This document shows, piece after piece, positions 58,610-64,000 of a DNA stretch of 64,000 bases. The notes beneath the pieces were generated by a model, which saw nothing but the letters and a program-made list of their open reading frames with translations, ran no database searches and was not told the origin of the DNA. The translations under genes were made by a program, and so were the position numbers. The DNA is from Patescibacteria group bacterium (lineage in GTDB: Bacteria; Patescibacteriota; Patescibacteriia; Veblenbacterales; UBA10138): positions 34,038-98,037 of the forward strand of contig JBAZOT010000002.1 of assembly GCA_041648575.1 (NCBI GenBank), written 5' to 3'. Each line of letters starts with the position of its first letter. The stretch's first letter is position 1.

Positions 58610-61600
58610 TTAAATATTTTCTTTAGGCCGATTTTCATCGCTACCTGGTTTAGCCTTGCTCATTGGCTTACCACCTTTTAATAACTCTACTTCTAAACCC
58701 AATCCTTTAAGTTCTCTTACCAGCACGTTAAATGATTCAGGTATATTTAATTTGCGAATTGGCTCGCCTTTTATAATTGATTCGTATGCTTTAGAGCGTC
58801 CTGGCACATCGTCAGACTTGATAGTTAAAATTTCCTGCAAGGTGTGAGCTGCACCATATGCCTCCAGTGCCCATACTTCCATTTCACCAAACCGCTGTCC
58901 GCCAAATTGTGCTTTTCCTCCCAAAGGCTGCTGGGTAACTAACGAATACGGCCCAATGGAACGTTGATGAATTTTATCTTCCACCATGTGATTAAGTTTT
59001 AACATATACGACCAACCAACTGTAACTTTATTAGCAAACGGCTCGCCGGTTCGACCATGATAAAGAGCCACTTTTCCATCGGCCGATAAATTAGCGCGCT
59101 CTAATTCTTGCTTAATAACTTCTTCTGGCACCCCATCCAAAGCCGGCGTGGCCACATAATAACCCAAAGCTTTGGCAGCTAAACCTAAATGCGTTTCTAA
59201 AATTTGTCCAATATTCATACGCGACGCTACACCCAAAGGGTTTAAGATAATATCCACAGGTGTACCATCGGCAAAAAATGGCATATCTTCTACTGGCACA
59301 ATTTTGGAAACCACACCTTTATTGCCATGACGGCCAGCCATTTTATCACCCACTTGAATTTTACGTAATTGCGCTACCGCCACCTGAATAGTTTTAATTA
59401 CCCCACTAGGTAAACGATCGCCATTAGCGCGCGAGAAAATTTTAATATCCACCACTTTGCCATGTTCACCATGCTCTAAATACAAAGATGAGTCACGAAC
59501 ATCTTTAGCTTTCTCGCCAAAAATGGCGCGCAATAATTTTTCTTCGGCTGACAATTCGGTTTCGCCCTTGGGGGTTATTTTTCCCACCAAAATATCGCCC
59601 GAAGAAACTTCAGCACCCACCATAATAATACCTTCGCCATCTAAATATTTCAGTTTTTCCTCACCCACATTAGGAATATCGCGAGTAACAATTTCCGGTC
59701 CTAATTTAGTATCGCGTACATCAATGGAATAATTTTCAATATGAATAGAGGTATAAGCATCTTCCCTGACTAATTTTTCCGAAATCAAAATAGCGTCTTC
59801 ATAGTTACCACCTTCCCAAGGCATATAAGCTACCAAAACATTATGCCCTAACGACAGCTCGCCTTGATCAGTAGCAGCGCCATCGGCGATGGGATCACCA
59901 GCCTTAACTGTTTGGCCTTTATCAACTATCGGCCGCTGATTCATACAAGTAGAAGCATTGGAACGAACGAATTTTCCCAAATTATAAACACGATCGCCTT
60001 CAGCGCCTTGAATGATAATGCGATCAGATTGTACATCAGTAACTGTGCCGTCAATATCAGATAGTACTACTTGCCCCGAATCACAAGCTGCCTTAAATTC
60101 CACGCCTGTACCAATAATCGGCGCTTGAGGACTAATACAAGGAACGGCCTGGCGTTGCATGTTGGTACCCATTAAAGCACGCACTGCATCATCGTGTTCC
60201 AAAAACGGAATTAAAGAAGTAGTAATAGAAACAATTTGTTTTGGCGACACATCCATATAATCAATTTTCCAAACAAAATCATAAGTCGGCTCGCCCCATT
60301 CCCGCACTTCAGCTCGATCATTTATAAAATATCCCTGCTCACTAATAACTGTGGTGGCAGCGGTAGTAACATGACGCTCTTCTTCAAAAGCGTCCAACCA
60401 CACTACCTCATCAGTTACCCGAGGTTTAACTGGCACTTGAGTAAGAGCTAGGGCTTTAATAATTTTAGCTAATTCAGCTGATATTTTGGTATTAGCTTGA
60501 GCCACTACTTCACCTGCTTCATTAGTTATATCTTCACGTAAAATTTCACCCTCCAAACTTTTAGGATCATTAGGTAAATCATGAATAACTTTGCGGAAGG
60601 GAGTTTCAATAAAACCATAACTATTAACCCGACCGTATGAAGCCAAATGTCCTACCAAACCAATATTAGGTCCTTCGGGCGTAGCAATTGGACAAATGCG
60701 GCCATAGTGCGTACGGTGCACATCTCTAACATCAAAACCTGCTCGCTCTCGCGATAATCCGCCCGGACCCATGGCTGACAAACGACGTTTATGTTCTAAC
60801 TCGGATAACGGATTAGTTTGGTCCATAAATTGCGACAGTTGTGATGACATAAAAAATTCCTTAATCGAGCCAATAATCGGACGAGCATTAATCAACTGGT
60901 TCGGTGTAAGGGTGGTAATATCCAAAGTAGACATACGGTCTTTGATAATTCTTTCCAAGCGCGCTAAACCAACACGGAATTTGTTTTGCACTAACTCACC
61001 TACGGCCCTAACTCGACGATTACCCAAGTGATCAATATCGTCTGCTTCAATTTGTGAATTATTTAAAGTAACTATTTCCTTAATAATCATTACCAAATCC
61101 TCGGGTCTTAAAATTCTGGTTTCTTTGGTTATGGCAATGTTAAAATTAAATCTTTTGTTTAATTTGTATCTACCTACTCTGCCAAAATCATATCGTGCAA
61201 AATTAAAAAACATGTTGTGAATTAATTGCCGAGCATTATCAACGGTTGCCAAGTCACCCGGTCGAATGCGTTTATATACCTCTTTTAAACCCTCACCTTC
61301 ATTATGAGAAATATCTTTAGCCAAAGTTGACTCAATATATTTATTTTCCGGGTGAGTATCAATGTCTTTAAATAATTCTTTAATGGTTTCATCGCCGTCA
61401 AAACCAAAAGAGCGCAATAGCGCCGTCACTGCCACTTTGCGTTTACGATCAATTTTAACCCAGATAACATTATTAGTATCAGTTTCAAATTCCAACCAGG
61501 CGCCACGGTTGGGAATTATTTTAGCACCATAATAACGCCGTCCCCGGGCTTGCTCTGAAGTAAAAAATACTCCAGCAGAACGAATTAACTGGGACACTAC

Positions 61601-61996
61601 CACGCGCTCAATACCATTTATCACAAAAGTGCCACGCGCCGTCATAATAGGAAAATCACCTAAGTACACTTCTTGTTCTTTAATTTCTCCAGTTCGTTTA
61701 TTTACTAAACGCGTTTTTACTCTCAAAGCTGCTTCGTAAGTAATATTCTTAGCATGAGCCGAAACTTCATCAAACTTAGGTTCGTCTAAATAATAATCCA
61801 AAAAATACAATTCTAAATCGCGCCCAATAAAATCCCGAATGGGTGAAATCTCTTCAAATAATTCTTTTAATCCCTCAGCAAAAAACCATTGATAAGAATC
61901 TTTTTGAATGGATATTAAATCCGGTAATGCCAAAGCATCCCTTACTTTAGTAAAGTATTTTCTTTCTCGTAAAGTGGTTGATGATTTATTAGACAC
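58610..61996 (-). CDS. rpoB: RNA polymerase beta subunit (GTG start)
   Basis: [35 protein letters not shown]. Confidence 0.99.
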   Translation of the reverse strand: MSNKSSTTLRERKYFTKVRDALALPDLISIQKDSYQWFFAEGLKELFEEISPIRDFIGRDLELYFLDYYLDEPKFDEVSAHAKNITYEAALRVKTRLVNKRTGEIKEQEVYLGDFPIMTARGTFVINGIERVVVSQLIRSAGVFFTSEQARGRRYYGAKIIPNRGAWLEFETDTNNVIWVKIDRKRKVAVTALLRSFGFDGDETIKELFKDIDTHPENKYIESTLAKDISHNEGEGLKEVYKRIRPGDLATVDNARQLIHNMFFNFARYDFGRVGRYKLNKRFNFNIAITKETRILRPEDLVMIIKEIVTLNNSQIEADDIDHLGNRRVRAVGELVQNKFRVGLARLERIIKDRMSTLDITTLTPNQLINARPIIGSIKEFFMSSQLSQFMDQTNPLSELEHKRRLSAMGPGGLSRERAGFDVRDVHRTHYGRICPIATPEGPNIGLVGHLASYGRVNSYGFIETPFRKVIHDLPNDPKSLEGEILREDITNEAGEVVAQANTKISAELAKIIKALALTQVPVKPRVTDEVVWLDAFEEERHVTTAATTVISEQGYFINDRAEVREWGEPTYDFVWKIDYMDVSPKQIVSITTSLIPFLEHDDAVRALMGTNMQRQAVPCISPQAPIIGTGVEFKAACDSGQVVLSDIDGTVTDVQSDRIIIQGAEGDRVYNLGKFVRSNASTCMNQRPIVDKGQTVKAGDPIADGAATDQGELSLGHNVLVAYMPWEGGNYEDAILISEKLVREDAYTSIHIENYSIDVRDTKLGPEIVTRDIPNVGEEKLKYLDGEGIIMVGAEVSSGDILVGKITPKGETELSAEEKLLRAIFGEKAKDVRDSSLYLEHGEHGKVVDIKIFSRANGDRLPSGVIKTIQVAVAQLRKIQVGDKMAGRHGNKGVVSKIVPVEDMPFFADGTPVDIILNPLGVASRMNIGQILETHLGLAAKALGYYVATPALDGVPEEVIKQELERANLSADGKVALYHGRTGEPFANKVTVGWSYMLKLNHMVEDKIHQRSIGPYSLVTQQPLGGKAQFGGQRFGEMEVWALEAYGAAHTLQEILTIKSDDVPGRSKAYESIIKGEPIRKLNIPESFNVLVRELKGLGLEVELLKGGKPMSKAKPGSDENRPKENI

Positions 61997-62170
61997 AAAA
62001 AATGCTCCTTCCTGAATGTTTTTAAATAGGAAAGAGTTTATTTATTTCTACTTAGAGCGGAGGGTAGCTTCCCGCAAATAAATATAACTCAAAATAGAGT
62101 TTAAAATATTAATCTCAAGTTAATTCGCCTGTGCTTTAAGGTAAATGTTATTTATAAAAATAGTATCTGG

Positions 62171-62199
62171 AGTGTAACAACAATTTTTAACGTTGTCAA
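62171..62199 (-). promoter_or_regulatory. rpoB promoter
   Basis: TTGACA-N17-TACACT on the minus strand. Confidence 0.6.
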
Positions 62200-62316
62200 G
62201 TTTTAAGCTCAATTATATATATTTTAGAAATTTTTAGCTAATACTAGCTAAAAATATTAAATTTTTTTTAATATACAAAAAGTTATCCACAATTACTATA
62301 ATATCTACTCATATTA

Positions 62317-63642
62317 TTAAAGATTATTAGTAATTTTTTTTAATTCCTGTTTTACTATTTGACGATCATCCCAAGGAATTTTACCTTGTTTAGTGACTAA
62401 CCACTGTTCTGAACCTTTACCAGTAATAATCACAGTGTCGCCAGCAACTGCTAATTTTAATGCTTTGGCTATTGCTTGCCGACGATCCATAACTTGCCAA
62501 AGATTTTTTCCTAGTTGCTTGCCTATATTTTTTGCGCCCAAAACTACAGCTTCAATAATTACTTGTGGATCTTCATCATAAGGATCTTCATTAGTCACTA
62601 TTACTTGATCAGCAAATTGGCCAGCTAATTTACCTAAAACCGGCCGCTTGGCTTTGTCCCGCCCACCGCCACAAGAACCTAACACTGCAATAAGTTTGCC
62701 TATTTTTTTTTGTGTTAAAGTTTTATAAACTTCTTCAAGCGATTCCGGGGTGTGGGCATAATCAACCACTACTTGAAAACTTTGCCCGGCATTAATAAAT
62801 TCCATTCGCCCTGGCGCACCAGCAAAATCTTTCATACTCTCGCTAATCTGCTTTAAGGAAAAATCTTGACTTAATAAATAAGCTATGGAAGCTAATGCAT
62901 TATAAACATTAAATTTCCCACCCACAGGTAAAGTAAATAAAATACTGTCAACTGTAAAACTTATTTTCCGTTCCTCAACCTTAACTTGCTCGGCTATAAT
63001 TTGACTAGCGCCACTAAATTGATTGGATTGTAAACCGTAAATGTATTTTTCATCAGCTGGATAATTTAAAAATATTTGAGCAGCTGAATCATCACCGTTA
63101 ACCACGCTGACTTTGATAATTTTATGTCCAGCAATAATCTTAACATGCTGATTTAACACTTGCCATAACTTTTCTTTAGACTGCTGATATTTGGTAAAAC
63201 TGCCATGAGTTTCAATATGTTCAGGGGTAAGATTAGTAAACACCGCCGCATCATATCTAATACCCCAATGCCGCCATTGGGCGATGCCTTCGGAGGATGT
63301 TTCTACCACCGCATATTTATGCCCCGCCTGAACCATTTGCCGCAGATATTTTTGTAGCGTCAAACGCCCGGGCATGGTCATTTTTAAATCATTCAGCCAC
63401 TCTTGCTTGCCAATTTTTATCATGGCAGTTGAAATTAAGCCGCAACTTAATCCCAACTTATTTAAGCTGTGACAAATCATCGCCGCCACAGTTGATTTAC
63501 CTTTAGTGCCAGTAACACCTGCCACAATTAACTTACCTGTCGGAAAATTATACACTAAATTGCCTAAAATCGCCCAAACCAAATGATAACAACTTAAAAG
63601 CCATCTAGGTATAAACCTTCTGATTAAGGTTTTGTTTAACAT
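62317..63642 (-). CDS. murE: UDP-MurNAc-tripeptide synthetase
   Basis: GVTGTKGKST, FTNLTPEH, PGRME, VDYAHTP, TNEDP. Confidence 0.9.
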   Translation of the reverse strand: MLNKTLIRRFIPRWLLSCYHLVWAILGNLVYNFPTGKLIVAGVTGTKGKSTVAAMICHSLNKLGLSCGLISTAMIKIGKQEWLNDLKMTMPGRLTLQKYLRQMVQAGHKYAVVETSSEGIAQWRHWGIRYDAAVFTNLTPEHIETHGSFTKYQQSKEKLWQVLNQHVKIIAGHKIIKVSVVNGDDSAAQIFLNYPADEKYIYGLQSNQFSGASQIIAEQVKVEERKISFTVDSILFTLPVGGKFNVYNALASIAYLLSQDFSLKQISESMKDFAGAPGRMEFINAGQSFQVVVDYAHTPESLEEVYKTLTQKKIGKLIAVLGSCGGGRDKAKRPVLGKLAGQFADQVIVTNEDPYDEDPQVIIEAVVLGAKNIGKQLGKNLWQVMDRRQAIAKALKLAVAGDTVIITGKGSEQWLVTKQGKIPWDDRQIVKQELKKITNNL

Positions 63643-63662
63643 AACATTAATCCAACCAAGAT

Positions 63663-64000
63663 TTATTTAAACATCTTGGTAAAATTTCGCCGCTTTCTTT
63701 TTTTCCAATCACCTTGATGATAAGCATAACTCGCCAATAGTGGTAATACTGATCCTGCTTCGGCAAAAACCATTTGCTCATAAGTAGTATCCACCTTACC
63801 CCAAGAGGAAGCTTCTTTTAAAGTAGAGCTAGAGCATGCACCATCCCTAACATCAGCCACCGTAATCTGAATCGCATATTTATGCATTGGAACTTCTTTT
63901 CCTAACACTTCTGCGCAGACTACAGTATCCTGAACAAAATTCTTAGGTACCCCGCCGCCAATCATTAATAAGCCCGAAGTTTTAGCTTTCATTTTAATCC
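63663..64000 (-). CDS. Deoxyhypusine synthase-like protein (3' part, truncated by window edge)
   Basis: GGGVPKNF, YAIQI, DGACSSSTLKEASSWGKV. Confidence 0.85.
   Translation of the reverse strand, partial: IKMKAKTSGLLMIGGGVPKNFVQDTVVCAEVLGKEVPMHKYAIQITVADVRDGACSSSTLKEASSWGKVDTTYEQMVFAEAGSVLPLLASYAYHQGDWKKRKRRNFTKMFK

Noticed and set aside
62200-62316. Replication origin
   Set aside because: A single DnaA box (TTATCCACA, 62283) in AT-rich DNA, with no box cluster and no dnaA nearby.
1-64000. Alternative genetic code (UGA=Gly) or prophage
   Set aside because: Core genes are full length in code 11 and some genes end in TGA (e.g. greA); no terminase, capsid or integrase genes were seen.

Overview
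AT-rich bacterial chromosome segment in genetic code 11. Its gene content points to a Patescibacteria/CPR (Parcubacteria-like) genome; this is an inference. Core genes include clpC, comF, greA, ychF, rpsF-ssb-rpsR-efp, recA, ftsK, rpoBC, murE and two tRNA-Ser. Accessory genes include two Fic proteins, an MNT-HepT toxin-antitoxin pair, a T9SS-CTD protein, two ~1000-aa surface proteins, an orphan fabH, an ECF-MacAB operon and a minimal [NiFe]-hydrogenase cluster. Three things stand out. (1) Many accessory genes lie between a resident gene end or terminator and a diverged copy of it (efp, recA, clpC, the T9SS gene, two terminators), with no integrase or transposase in the window. (2) A covarying ~250-360 nt structured element occurs twice, with G-U pairing favouring the minus strand, a pseudoknot, and a loop motif seen three times. 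(3) A 30-nt double-hairpin element is inserted after TTG, twice into the anticodon of stacked tRNA-Ser 5' halves. No CRISPR array, rRNA, reverse transcriptase or prophage was seen. All family assignments are from motif recognition only; no database search was run.
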